A stretch of DNA of 64,000 nucleotides, from positions 14,072-78,071 of the forward strand of contig JAFSMR010000046.1 of NCBI GenBank assembly GCA_017447805.1. The letters are read 5' to 3'. Source of the stretch: Kiritimatiellia bacterium. Its GTDB lineage: Bacteria > Verrucomicrobiota > Kiritimatiellia > RFP12 > UBA1067. The notes below the pieces were generated by a model. That model was not told the DNA's origin. It was given only the letters and a program-made list of their open reading frames with translations, and did not search any database. Of this stretch, positions 52,458 to 62,254 are shown piece after piece. Numbering within the stretch: the stretch's first letter is position 1; each line of letters begins with the position of its first letter. Both the position numbers and the translations under genes were made by a program.

Positions 52458-53045
52458 TCAATAAGGCATTTTTACGAGACCAGAAAAGCCCATAAAGGCA
52501 AGCGAAAGAAGTCCGCCGGTGACCAGGGCGATTGCAATCCCTCTAAAGCAACGGGGCGGGTCGGCATGGGCGAGTTTTTCGCGAATACCCGAAAAAATCA
52601 CTAGCGCAAAACCGAAACCGAGGGCCGCCGCAAAACTGAAAAATACGGCTTCGCAAAATCCAGTCCCTTGCTTGCAGTTGATTTCCGCCGCACCCAATAC
52701 TGCGCAGTTCGTCGTAATCAGCGGCAAAAAAATTCCAAGCGCAGCATGAAGCGGAGGCAAAAATCTCTTCATCGCTATATCGATGAACTGAACAAGCGAG
52801 GCTATGACCAAAATAAACGCCAATGTATGAATATACCCAAGATTGTTTGGCGTAAGAAGATAGTGGTCAAGACACCACGTTACAGCCGAGGCAATAGTCA
52901 TGACAAACACGACCGCCCCGGACATCCCTAGCGCAGTCTCGGTTTTCTTCGAGACGCCCAAAAACGGGCAACACCCCAAAAAGCGGCTGAGAACGAAATT
53001 GTTCACCAAAACCGCGCCTACCAGTAACATTAGATAATAACTCAT
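52458..53045 (-). CDS. rnfA: Rnf complex subunit A
   Basis: NNFVLSRFLGCCPFLGVSKK, LGIFLPLITTNCAVLG, SLAFMGFSG. Confidence 0.93.
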   Translation of the reverse strand: MSYYLMLLVGAVLVNNFVLSRFLGCCPFLGVSKKTETALGMSGAVVFVMTIASAVTWCLDHYLLTPNNLGYIHTLAFILVIASLVQFIDIAMKRFLPPLHAALGIFLPLITTNCAVLGAAEINCKQGTGFCEAVFFSFAAALGFGFALVIFSGIREKLAHADPPRCFRGIAIALVTGGLLSLAFMGFSGLVKMPY

Positions 53046-53054
53046 AGCAAGTAT

Positions 53055-53083
53055 ATTTTAGCATTATTCTTGTATCAAATCAA
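53055..53083 (-). promoter_or_regulatory. rnf operon promoter (near-leaderless)
   Basis: TTGATT, 17 nt, TGC-TAAAAT, 9 nt before the ATG. Confidence 0.6.
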
Positions 53084-53864
53084 GGGCATCCCAGTCGATT
53101 TCCCCAGAAAAAACTCTCTTGACAGGTCCAGTGAGAGTTAGATTGGAAAAACAATTCCCCTCGCTCACCCCGTCTATTATTAAATTATAGCCTAGGGATG
53201 TCTTTACATGGACAGGGAATTCGAGCCCATAATCGGCTACTCCAATTACAGCCGCTGCAATCGACCCCGTGCCGCACGCGCCAGTTTCCGCCTCTACTCC
53301 GCGCTCATAGGTCCTAATCGCCAAACGGTTGGGTTGACGATAGCTCACGAAATCCACATTCGTGCCATCGGGTTCGAATTCTTCGCTGTTGCGGATTCGA
53401 CGGCCTTCATTTTCTACATCTACTTTCGAGAGATTCTCGACCGGGATAATCTTATGGGGAACGCCAGCGACTACGAAATCATCTGCGAAATCCTTAGGAG
53501 CAGGGACTTCTACCTTGACGAGACCCGGCTCGAGAATTTCGGCTTTCACGATTCCCGCGGCCGTTTCGAATTGCATAATATCCGATTTCGCTGCGCCGAT
53601 TTCACGTGCGAACGCCGCAACACACCTCGAACCGTTGCCGCACATTTCGGCTTCCGTCCCATCGGGATTGAAAAAGCGCATCTTGAAATCTGCGATTGCG
53701 GATTTTTGAACGAGTATCACCCCTTCGCAACCGATTCCATCGGGACGAGACGCCATGGTCGCGATTCTGCGATGATCCTCTATCGGAAAATCGCCTTTCA
53801 TATCGTCTATGAGAAGGAAATCGTTCCCCGCCCCATGCATCTTTACGAAATGTATAATTTTCAT
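53064..53864 (-). CDS. dapF: Diaminopimelate epimerase
   Basis: KMHGAGNDF, EMCGNG, GVPH, GTNV, YERGVEAETGACGTG. Confidence 0.96.
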   Translation of the reverse strand: MKIIHFVKMHGAGNDFLLIDDMKGDFPIEDHRRIATMASRPDGIGCEGVILVQKSAIADFKMRFFNPDGTEAEMCGNGSRCVAAFAREIGAAKSDIMQFETAAGIVKAEILEPGLVKVEVPAPKDFADDFVVAGVPHKIIPVENLSKVDVENEGRRIRNSEEFEPDGTNVDFVSYRQPNRLAIRTYERGVEAETGACGTGSIAAAVIGVADYGLEFPVHVKTSLGYNLIIDGVSEGNCFSNLTLTGPVKRVFSGEIDWDALDLIQE

Positions 53865-53888
53865 AGCGCCCTATCTCCCCTTCTCTTT

Positions 53889-56105
53889 TTATAATCCCAA
53901 AATCGCGTTATACCACTGGATTTGCGGAATTTGAAGAGTATTTCCGCCATTTAGTTCCACCAAATCGCTCAAAATATCGAAAGCTTCGTCCAAAACGATA
54001 TCATCGCTCTTTAACTGATTGCGACGGCGGCGAGATTTCTTTTCATCGCTAGAATTCGAGTTTTCAGAATCGGAATCGCTTTCGGCGAGTTCCCGGTCTT
54101 GCCGCATCATTTCGAGCCGTGCTTCGCGCTCGAGCGGCACAAATTCCCTTTCGCCGACAGCCTTCATGCCATCTACATGCGAGATGTGTTTTTGATACCT
54201 TTCATTCTCGGCAAGTCTTTTCGCGCTTCTTTCCTGGAGCTCGGGAATAAAGCTATCGAGATTCCAGCATTTGACGAAATCGGCTTTGCGTATTTTCGTA
54301 AATGGCAGCGCGTATGTGAGTTTATCTTCTCCCAAATCGAGCGAATCGAGGAGCGACGGCAAGCGTATATCGGAAGCTACGCCTTTGACTTGGGTGGAGC
54401 GTCCGTCGATTCTATAGAACCTAGCTGTAGTGATTTTTACCGAGCCATATTTTTCGGGCCCCATGCCAAGGACGGTCTGAACAGTCCCTTTGCCATGAGA
54501 TTGCGTATCGCCGAGGACGATCGCCCTACCCGTATCGCGAAGATGGCCTGCGACGATTTCGGAAGCAGATGCCGAAGCGCGGTCGATCAATACGACCATT
54601 GGTTTTTTGAAGGCTACAGGATTGCCGCGGGGGATAGAAAGAGGTGAAACGCTTCTCGTATCGCGAATCTGCACAACTGGGCCGTTCGGCACGAACAGCG
54701 CGCTTAGCATGACTGCTTCACGGAGCGACCCTCCGCCATCGCTGCGCAAATCGAGGACCAGCCCTTCGACATCCTGTGCGTTGAATTGCGCGACAAGCTT
54801 CGCGACATCGTCCGCACAGCTGCGATAGCCCTCTTCGCCGGGATTTTTATCCATCGAGCCATAGAAGCTCGGTAAATATACATAGCCGAGCTTTCTTTCG
54901 GTGTCTCCAATCGTCACGCGCTCGACTCTGCCGGTCGCCGCCTGGTCTTCGAGCTTGATTTCGTCGCGCACGAGCTCGATCATTTTTACAGTCGCGCCGG
55001 ATGGGTCGCTGCGGGGGATGATTTGGAGTGTGACACGCGTGCCTTTAGGTCCGCGGATTTTGCGTATCGATTTCTTGGTCGGCTGCCACATTATATCTTC
55101 GAGCTCGCCATTTTCCTGCTTGACGCCGATGATTTTATCGCCTTCCTGAATACGGCCATCTTTATCCATCGGCCCGCCAGGCATGATTTCGGCAATCTTC
55201 AGCGCGCCATCATCCATTCCCAAAACCGCCCCTACTCCGCATAGCGAAAGGTTCATATCCATATCGAAATCTTCTTTCGATGCCGGCGACATATAATCGG
55301 AATGAGGGTCGTATGCACGTGTTACGCTCGAAAGATAATTTTGCAATATCGCCTCTTCATCTGGTTCGCATAGCACATGATAATATTGCCTGTATTTCTT
55401 TATGAGATTTTCCTCAGGAGTAAGCTTGGGGTCGTCGCCGTATTCATCTTCGCCTTCTTGCGTTTGAGAACCATTTACGGCAGCGATTTCACCCTTCAGG
55501 ATTTCGCCGGAAATGGATTCATCCTTCGTTACATTGCCTTTTGCGGCTTTTTCTTCTTCGTCCAGAACTCGAGCGAGAGTCTGCGCAAGAACCTCGTTTT
55601 TCAGTCTGCGGACCCAATATTCCTCGGCTTCTTCCTTCGTCTCGGGCCATGGGGCATCTTTGCGCTTGATGCGATAGGTTTCATTCGAGGTAAAATCCCA
55701 ATTCGCGGCCGCGAGAAGATTCGTCGCGAAATCTATCCGCTCATTCAGTCTTTCGCGATATAATTCATATACCTCATAGCCGAACGAGACATCGCCGGCG
55801 CCCAATTCATCATCGATGGTAAATTCGTGATTCGCCAATTTTTCGAGGTCGCTCTTCAAAAACACCGAATGGTCGTAATCGTAGTAAGTAACTAGATTCG
55901 TCCAAGCCCTCTGCGAAATCTGATCGTCCAGCGGCTGTTGCAAGACATGGTATCTCGGGAGCATTTTGGCAAGGCGCTGGCCGATTTTGCCGTAATAGCT
56001 TTTGGGTGCGGCCTTAGGCGCCTCGGCTTTAACCGCGGGCGATTCCTCCTCGGCGAAAGCGAACAAGGGGAAAAGGGACAAAATCAAAATCGTGATGTTT
56101 TTCAT
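53889..56105 (-). CDS. prc: Carboxy-terminal processing (tail-specific) protease, S41A
   Basis: Signal peptide, YDPHSDY, PDZ (GVGAVL, IRGPKGT), DLRSDGGGSL, SASASEI, GKGTVQ. Confidence 0.92.
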   Translation of the reverse strand: MKNITILILSLFPLFAFAEEESPAVKAEAPKAAPKSYYGKIGQRLAKMLPRYHVLQQPLDDQISQRAWTNLVTYYDYDHSVFLKSDLEKLANHEFTIDDELGAGDVSFGYEVYELYRERLNERIDFATNLLAAANWDFTSNETYRIKRKDAPWPETKEEAEEYWVRRLKNEVLAQTLARVLDEEEKAAKGNVTKDESISGEILKGEIAAVNGSQTQEGEDEYGDDPKLTPEENLIKKYRQYYHVLCEPDEEAILQNYLSSVTRAYDPHSDYMSPASKEDFDMDMNLSLCGVGAVLGMDDGALKIAEIMPGGPMDKDGRIQEGDKIIGVKQENGELEDIMWQPTKKSIRKIRGPKGTRVTLQIIPRSDPSGATVKMIELVRDEIKLEDQAATGRVERVTIGDTERKLGYVYLPSFYGSMDKNPGEEGYRSCADDVAKLVAQFNAQDVEGLVLDLRSDGGGSLREAVMLSALFVPNGPVVQIRDTRSVSPLSIPRGNPVAFKKPMVVLIDRASASASEIVAGHLRDTGRAIVLGDTQSHGKGTVQTVLGMGPEKYGSVKITTARFYRIDGRSTQVKGVASDIRLPSLLDSLDLGEDKLTYALPFTKIRKADFVKCWNLDSFIPELQERSAKRLAENERYQKHISHVDGMKAVGEREFVPLEREARLEMMRQDRELAESDSDSENSNSSDEKKSRRRRNQLKSDDIVLDEAFDILSDLVELNGGNTLQIPQIQWYNAILGL

Positions 56106-56779
56106 GCTATATTCTCCATCAGTGAAACGAGTCTTTCTTTTTCGGGCTCAGCGATAATTATCTTATCGGTCGAAAAGCTCTTTTGCAGTTCACTTGAATT
56201 TATGATTACCGCGCCTTGCACTTCGGCTATATGCGCGCCAAAAGTATCGCTGGCGAAGGCCAAGACTGGGGTAACTGGCCCCATCCAGCCGATTTTCGCA
56301 AGTTCTGCTTTGACGAGAGCTGCTTCCTTCAAGACCTGTTTTAGCGGCGGACGCGATGGCAACTGGCCATCGAGGAGGATGTGACCTTCTTCAACCGTCA
56401 CCGCGCCTTTCCAATATTTCGTTTCGATCGCGAATACGCCAGGCGGCCCCACGACGACATGATCTACATGAACGCCACGCGCGATGAAATCGTTAAATAC
56501 GTCATATTTATCCGATAGATTCTTAAGGATAGATGAAACTTTCTCTTCACCCCTTGCGCCGATATAAAAACGCCTTACTTTTATGGCTCCGCGATGAAGA
56601 CTCCAGCCGACCAGGCCAAGGGCCGCGCCAAGAAAAAGCGCGGACCACATATCACGCTTGGCGACCAAAAGCGCAAGCGAAAAGCCGCTGAGAAAGATTC
56701 CCAGCCCCAGCGGCCAAAGTCCTAGAATTGCGCCTTTTACGCGCGCCCATTCGCCTGCTATACCATGAATCCTTGCCAT
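56102..56779 (-). CDS. Membrane-anchored NERD-domain protein
   Basis: Two TM segments, GARGEEKV, VDHVVVGPPGVFAIETK. Confidence 0.85.
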   Translation of the reverse strand: MARIHGIAGEWARVKGAILGLWPLGLGIFLSGFSLALLVAKRDMWSALFLGAALGLVGWSLHRGAIKVRRFYIGARGEEKVSSILKNLSDKYDVFNDFIARGVHVDHVVVGPPGVFAIETKYWKGAVTVEEGHILLDGQLPSRPPLKQVLKEAALVKAELAKIGWMGPVTPVLAFASDTFGAHIAEVQGAVIINSSELQKSFSTDKIIIAEPEKERLVSLMENIA

Positions 56780-56799
56780 ATCTTCTCTTTCGATAAATC

Positions 56800-58569
56800 T
56801 TAAATTTGTATTTTCGCCTTGCCCTTGCTTTGGGGGGTAAAGGATTTTATTTTTGCAACAATCGAATCCACATCAAGATGATACCTCTTTTCAAGCTCGG
56901 CCGTTTTGCCATGAGGAATAAATTCATCTGGCCAACCGAATTTCAAGTCTGCGCCAATCGATTCGCCAAGGCCGCCGGCGACGCACCCGTTTTCTATCGA
57001 GGCGATTCGCTCGCCTTGCTCCCGGTATCGCGATAAGCTTTCTTCGTCAAACGGCTTGATATACCTGGAATATACGGCTTTACCCCCGACGGCTTTAGCG
57101 ACATCGCACGCCTTTTTATACATATCGCCGCAGGCATAAATCACCCATCCGTTTTCTTGTGGTGTAAATACTTCCTCGGTAAATGTTTCCGGCTCGTTTC
57201 CGGTTGGTGCAATCCCTCTAGGATAACGAATCAAGGTTGGACCCTTCCTTTCGAGGGCTTCTTTCAGTAGCGCCTTCAGGTCGGCAGCGTCCTTCGGCTG
57301 GCATATCGTAAGATTCGGTATGCATTTAGTCATCGCGATATCGTAAAGGCCCTGGTGGGTTACGCCATCTTGACCTACTACACCAGCGCGATCGACGCAA
57401 ACGACGACCGGCAAATTCGCAATAGCGATATCGTGCAAAAGCTGATCGATCGCGCGCTGGAGGAATGTAGAATAAACGGCGATAACGCTCTTCATGCCGC
57501 CGGCGGCGAGTCCCGAAGCAAACGAGAACATGTGACCCTCGGCTATTCCCACATCAAAGAATCGTTCGGGATAAGCTGAAGCAAATTCTTCGAGACCCGT
57601 CCCATCTTTCATGCCGGCGCTCAACGCGACTATCTTTTCATCCTCGGCGGCGAGGCTCGCTAGCGCCTCTCCAAACGCACGCGACCAAGTATATGCGTTT
57701 TTCGCTTTTTCCAAAAATGCGGCGGGGTTGGCGATATCGAATGGGCCGGGACCATGCCAGCTCGTTGGATCCTTTTCTGCGACTTGCCAGCCTTTGCCTT
57801 TTTTCGTTACGACATGCACGATTACGCTTCTTGATTCCTGCTTTGCGACGGCAAACGCCGCCCGCAAAGCTTTCACGTCGTGACCATTCACAGGTCCAAT
57901 ATATCTAAAGCCGAATTGTTCGAAAAACGAATCTGCCAAAAACCAAGATTTGATTCTCGCCTTGAAGCGGTGGACAAATCCGTAAAGGAAGTAAAGCCTC
58001 ATAGCCTTACCCCAGCGGCGTGCGGCGTTTTTCAGTCTATTGTATCTTGCGCCGGCGATTAGCCGCCCGAGGAAACGCGAAAAGCTGCCCGCGGGCTTGG
58101 AAATACTCATTCCGTTATCGTTGAGAACGAGTATTACCTTCCCTGCCGCGGCGCAATTGTTAAGCGCTTCTAGGCTTGTGCCGTTTACGAGAGAAGAATC
58201 TCCCGTTATCGCAACGACATGATAATCTTTATGTTGCAGCTTTCTCGCAGTGGCATAGCCTTCGGCAATAGAGAGCGCGACTCCTGCATGCCCCGCGATC
58301 GCCGCATCGCATTTCGATTCCAGCGGATTGGGAAAGCCTGAAATGCCGTCAAGCTCGCGAAGAGTGGAAAATTCTTTCGCCCTTCCCGTCAAGATTTTCC
58401 ACGCATAGGCTTGATGACCTACATCCCAAATTATTCTATCACGCCAAGGGTCGAATTCTTCTCTGAGGGCGATGGCGATTTCCACAGCGCCGAGAGAAGA
58501 AGCCAAATGCCCGCCGTGCTTCGATACTTCATCGAGGATTCTCGCGCGAATCTCTTCCGGGCTCATCAT
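56800..58569 (-). CDS. dxs: 1-deoxy-D-xylulose-5-phosphate synthase
   Basis: GGHLASSLG, WDVGHQ, GD..NDN, YIGPVNGH, DVGIAE, YSTFLQR, DGVTHQG, IRYPRG. Confidence 0.96.
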   Translation of the reverse strand: MMSPEEIRARILDEVSKHGGHLASSLGAVEIAIALREEFDPWRDRIIWDVGHQAYAWKILTGRAKEFSTLRELDGISGFPNPLESKCDAAIAGHAGVALSIAEGYATARKLQHKDYHVVAITGDSSLVNGTSLEALNNCAAAGKVILVLNDNGMSISKPAGSFSRFLGRLIAGARYNRLKNAARRWGKAMRLYFLYGFVHRFKARIKSWFLADSFFEQFGFRYIGPVNGHDVKALRAAFAVAKQESRSVIVHVVTKKGKGWQVAEKDPTSWHGPGPFDIANPAAFLEKAKNAYTWSRAFGEALASLAAEDEKIVALSAGMKDGTGLEEFASAYPERFFDVGIAEGHMFSFASGLAAGGMKSVIAVYSTFLQRAIDQLLHDIAIANLPVVVCVDRAGVVGQDGVTHQGLYDIAMTKCIPNLTICQPKDAADLKALLKEALERKGPTLIRYPRGIAPTGNEPETFTEEVFTPQENGWVIYACGDMYKKACDVAKAVGGKAVYSRYIKPFDEESLSRYREQGERIASIENGCVAGGLGESIGADLKFGWPDEFIPHGKTAELEKRYHLDVDSIVAKIKSFTPQSKGKAKIQI

Positions 58570-60101
58570 TCTTGCTCGCCCCTTTCTTCGTCTTCGCGCA
58601 ACTTCAGAAGGACCAATGTGGTCGCGTGCTGGCCGAAATCCTCCTCTTTCATCACCATTTCATATCTGCTATTCAGAAGGCGGGCGAATTCCAGTTGCTC
58701 TTCCAGCGGCCTTTCATCGCATTTTGGCGGATTTATCGCAAAAGTATAACCGCTGACAGCCGCAATCTTCGCATCGCTCGTCGTAATCAAGCGCCGCCAT
58801 TCATCGCTTGATAGCATGCTGAACGGCCCCATTTCCAGTCCCTCGGGCACCTTGCGGTTTGTCTCGATGGCTAAATACAAATCTTGCGTGAAAATCGTCT
58901 TGCCGCCGGGATCGATGCTCTCGATGGCATAAGCAACTTCTTGCAATTGCGCAAGCTCGCTCGCAGGCTTGACGAGGGTCCAGAATCTATCGTGGCCGTT
59001 AGTGGTCCATTTTTCCAAAAGAGGACTTCCGAATGATGCTGCCCAAGTCATACCGAGGGCCAATAGTACGATTCTTCCGGCGCCAATGGTCGCTCTTGAA
59101 AGGAGCTTGACCGTAACGACTACCGTCAAAAGCCCCATTATCGGCACATTGTAATCTTCATAGGGGAAAGGCGCAGCCATTTGCGAAAGAAATATCGCGA
59201 GGAATACCGCAATCATTACCCTTAGAGAAAATTTCACATCGGAATTTGCCTCGAGCTCCAAATCCTTGGCTCTGATGTTGCGGAAAATTTCCATACCCAA
59301 AAGCACGAATATCGGCGCATACCATCTCACAAGCCTGCTCAAACTGCCGACGACGAAAATTACATCGAATCCCTTGCGCGCGGCGTGATACTTCTGCGCG
59401 GCTATAAGGCCGGCGAGCGATTTCGGGTCTAAGATGAACGGACAATACAAAACCGCGAGTCCCAACGCCCCGCCTAGACCGAATGCGAGGAATGCAAAGC
59501 GATATTTCTTGAACGCTATCAATAGCGCCACGCCGGCGACCGCGAGCGCCGCGCCGAGAGTAATTCGCGTGCCTGCCGCAAACGCAAGCGCCATGCCGGA
59601 AACGAACAGAAGCACTCTGGATAGAACTAGCCGGCGCTTGTCGTTTAGGCGCGTAAGGCTAAACGCGTAAAGATACATGCCGACAGATAGAAAAAATCCG
59701 CCAAGCGCATAAGTCTTGGGGATTGAGGTATAGTAGACATGATAAATATTGGAGCCAAGCAAAAGGAATGTAACGAGCGCCGCCGCGCCTTTGCGCTCGC
59801 CGAGCGTCAATAGACGCGCCAGCGCCATCGTGAATATGAGAGCCGATAATCCTATTATACTTGTTATTATCCTCGCGCCGATTAAACCGAACTTTTGCCA
59901 CACGCCACAAAATACGGAATATGCAATCGGCAAGAGAGGCCCTTGGGTAAAGAAGAAATCGCGATATGGAAGCTTGCCTTCATTCACTAAATTCGCGGCA
60001 TAAAGATACCAACCCTCATCCTGATTCAACCCTCCGAGCCAAATCGAGGCGAGTGCCAAAACCAAAAAAGCAAACCCAGCTAGTATCCCATAGCGCTTCA
60101 T
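58566..60101 (-). CDS. GT-C fold membrane glycosyltransferase (ArnT/PMT-like)
   Basis: NQDEGWYLY after the first TM, PYRDFF..GPL, many TM helices. Confidence 0.75.
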   Translation of the reverse strand: MKRYGILAGFAFLVLALASIWLGGLNQDEGWYLYAANLVNEGKLPYRDFFFTQGPLLPIAYSVFCGVWQKFGLIGARIITSIIGLSALIFTMALARLLTLGERKGAAALVTFLLLGSNIYHVYYTSIPKTYALGGFFLSVGMYLYAFSLTRLNDKRRLVLSRVLLFVSGMALAFAAGTRITLGAALAVAGVALLIAFKKYRFAFLAFGLGGALGLAVLYCPFILDPKSLAGLIAAQKYHAARKGFDVIFVVGSLSRLVRWYAPIFVLLGMEIFRNIRAKDLELEANSDVKFSLRVMIAVFLAIFLSQMAAPFPYEDYNVPIMGLLTVVVTVKLLSRATIGAGRIVLLALGMTWAASFGSPLLEKWTTNGHDRFWTLVKPASELAQLQEVAYAIESIDPGGKTIFTQDLYLAIETNRKVPEGLEMGPFSMLSSDEWRRLITTSDAKIAAVSGYTFAINPPKCDERPLEEQLEFARLLNSRYEMVMKEEDFGQHATTLVLLKLREDEERGEQE

Positions 60102-60109
60102 GAGCTTAC

Positions 60110-60138
60110 ATTATACCATATTTAGCCCTAGAGGTCTA
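60110..60138 (-). promoter_or_regulatory. Near-leaderless promoter
   Basis: TAGACC, 17 nt, TGG-TATAAT, 8 nt before ATG 60101. Confidence 0.6.
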
Positions 60139-60147
60139 CCCCCACGG

Positions 60148-61563
60148 CTATTTTTCCGCTTTTTCCGCTCTCAAGGCAAGTATCATCCATTTTGCATCGT
60201 GGGAGTAGTCGACTTTGAATTTACTCCTCGCGGCGCGCTCGAAAATGCCGGCTAGACCGAAGTGCCCCGTCTCGGGTCCTAATGCCGATTTTGCCTCGAA
60301 TGGCGCGCCGTTGTTCTTTACATGCAATATAAAACCGCCGTTTTCGCTCTCGCGAGATGAAATTTCGATTTCAGAAGCCTTTCCATGCTTTATGGCGTTT
60401 GTTATGGCCTCTCTCACGATTGATAACAGATCTTGGAATCTACGTGGCGCGAGGCGCTCCGGCAAGCCTTCGAGAAAAGCTTTGCAACTAATCTTACCTT
60501 GGTGATTTAAGGCTGTAGCGACTTCTCTTAGCGCTTCTTCCGGCGATTTTGTGGTTGCTTCGTCGCTTCTTAGATTGTAAACCGCATCTCTTACCTGAAC
60601 TTTGGTGTTCGCTAAAACCGTGCTCGCCCGCTCGAGAGTTTCGCGTGTCGCCTCGGGCAACACGTCATTTTGAAGAGTCGAAGATATCAGCAATTTCACG
60701 CACGCTATGTGCTGTTCAATCGTATCGTGCAAATCTGCCGCCATGCGCTTTCGTTCGGCCGCGACTGCATTGATTTTCATCTTTTCGTTCTTGGACCTAA
60801 TCCAAGCGACAAAAGATATAAGGAATGCACAAAGCAAGAGCGCGCCGCCTATGTATATTGATATAATGTGCCAATCATGTTCTTTATCATGAACAATATT
60901 TATACCTTCTTCATTTTGTACTTCGACTACTCGTGCCGCAAATCCGCCTGCTCCATCGGGAATCGGGAATACACAGCCGGTAAGCCTTGCAACCTTGTTT
61001 TTATATCTGCGTTTGTCTAGTTTGCCGGGCACTCTAACCATGGCGACCGCCCCATCCGGCAGCCTTACCCTTAATACGGTAAACTCCCTGCAGCCATATT
61101 TTGCCGCCTCGTGGCTTACGCTTATTATCTGCCCCTCTACTATTACGCGGCGTAAATCCAGCTGACCTTTTCTAAGCCGATCGTAGCGGACAATCGTCTC
61201 GAAATCGATATCGAGAGTATTTACTCTCACATAAGAATCCGCTCTTATCGAAAGACCTATATCCGTAACCATTGTGTGGCCGGCAACCCAAACCTGGTCA
61301 CCCTCTTGAGGACGCGCTATTTTTTCATCCAAATAAACCGGAATGCCGAATCTATATGGTTTATCGGTTGCCGCAACGACAAAAAGCCCGGGCCTGATAT
61401 TGGATACGTGAGTAACTATTCCGCAGAGAGTCGAAGCTTGATTCGCGTTATCTACCGTATTCGAAAGCGAAGTAAGCCTGTAAAATTCAGCTGTTTCGGA
61501 ACCAAAGAGGCAATGCGCCGATAAGATAATTACAAGCGAGAAAAAGATTCTTTTCAAACTCAT
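60148..61563 (-). CDS. Sensor histidine kinase (HisKA_3/NarX type)
   Basis: Signal peptide, beta-rich extracytoplasmic region, TM, ERKRMAADLHD, EAITNAIKHG, GHFGL. Confidence 0.9.
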   Translation of the reverse strand: MSLKRIFFSLVIILSAHCLFGSETAEFYRLTSLSNTVDNANQASTLCGIVTHVSNIRPGLFVVAATDKPYRFGIPVYLDEKIARPQEGDQVWVAGHTMVTDIGLSIRADSYVRVNTLDIDFETIVRYDRLRKGQLDLRRVIVEGQIISVSHEAAKYGCREFTVLRVRLPDGAVAMVRVPGKLDKRRYKNKVARLTGCVFPIPDGAGGFAARVVEVQNEEGINIVHDKEHDWHIISIYIGGALLLCAFLISFVAWIRSKNEKMKINAVAAERKRMAADLHDTIEQHIACVKLLISSTLQNDVLPEATRETLERASTVLANTKVQVRDAVYNLRSDEATTKSPEEALREVATALNHQGKISCKAFLEGLPERLAPRRFQDLLSIVREAITNAIKHGKASEIEISSRESENGGFILHVKNNGAPFEAKSALGPETGHFGLAGIFERAARSKFKVDYSHDAKWMILALRAEKAEK

Positions 61564-62177
61564 TTCGATACTATCCCTAAATCCACGGCTTTCAATACGG
61601 CGCTAATTCTATCTGTAACTTCAAGCTTTGCGAAAATATGGCGGATATGCTGCTTAACGCCGCTCATGGTCATATCAAGCTCGTATGCAATCGATTCATT
61701 ATCGCTGCCATGGGCCATCATCTCAAGGACATCCAGCTCTCGGCGAGTCAGAGTACCGACCGACCCCGTTTTCATCGCCAAAAGTTCCTTTACGGATTGC
61801 GGAATATACTTATCGCCTTTCGCGACAATCTTGATGGCATTATAGAGGTCGTCGGAATCGCGGTCTTTCATCAAATACCCGCGCGCACCTTTTTTCAAAG
61901 AATGATAAACATCCAGGAACGAAGAGCTTGTGGTAAGCATGAGGACTTTTAGATCCGGGAACTCATGCATAAGCTCACCAAGAACAGTTACTCCATTGCT
62001 CCCTGGCATATAGACATCCAGCAAGAGCACATCAGGCTTGACCTCGCGTACAAAATCTATCGCACCATCGCCGTTTGCAAGTTCGCCGACAAAATCAAGT
62101 TCGCCATCGCGTCCGATTGCGTACTTTAGGCCCATGCGGACAATTGCATGATCATCGATAATCGCTACTCGTATCAT
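61560..62177 (-). CDS. NarL/LuxR-family response regulator
   Basis: IIDDH, LLDVYMP, GYLMK, LTRRELDVL, VKQHIRHIFAKL. Confidence 0.94.
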   Translation of the reverse strand: MIRVAIIDDHAIVRMGLKYAIGRDGELDFVGELANGDGAIDFVREVKPDVLLLDVYMPGSNGVTVLGELMHEFPDLKVLMLTTSSSFLDVYHSLKKGARGYLMKDRDSDDLYNAIKIVAKGDKYIPQSVKELLAMKTGSVGTLTRRELDVLEMMAHGSDNESIAYELDMTMSGVKQHIRHIFAKLEVTDRISAVLKAVDLGIVSK

Positions 62178-62204
62178 ATTCTCTCTCAGAATTATAATAC
62201 GAAT

Positions 62205-62233
62205 ATTTTAGCATATTTGCCCAATGAGTGCAA
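62205..62233 (-). promoter_or_regulatory. Promoter of the two-component pair
   Basis: TTGCAC, 17 nt, TGC-TAAAAT. Confidence 0.55.
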
Positions 62234-62254
62234 TAGGCAATCTTGTATATTTTA

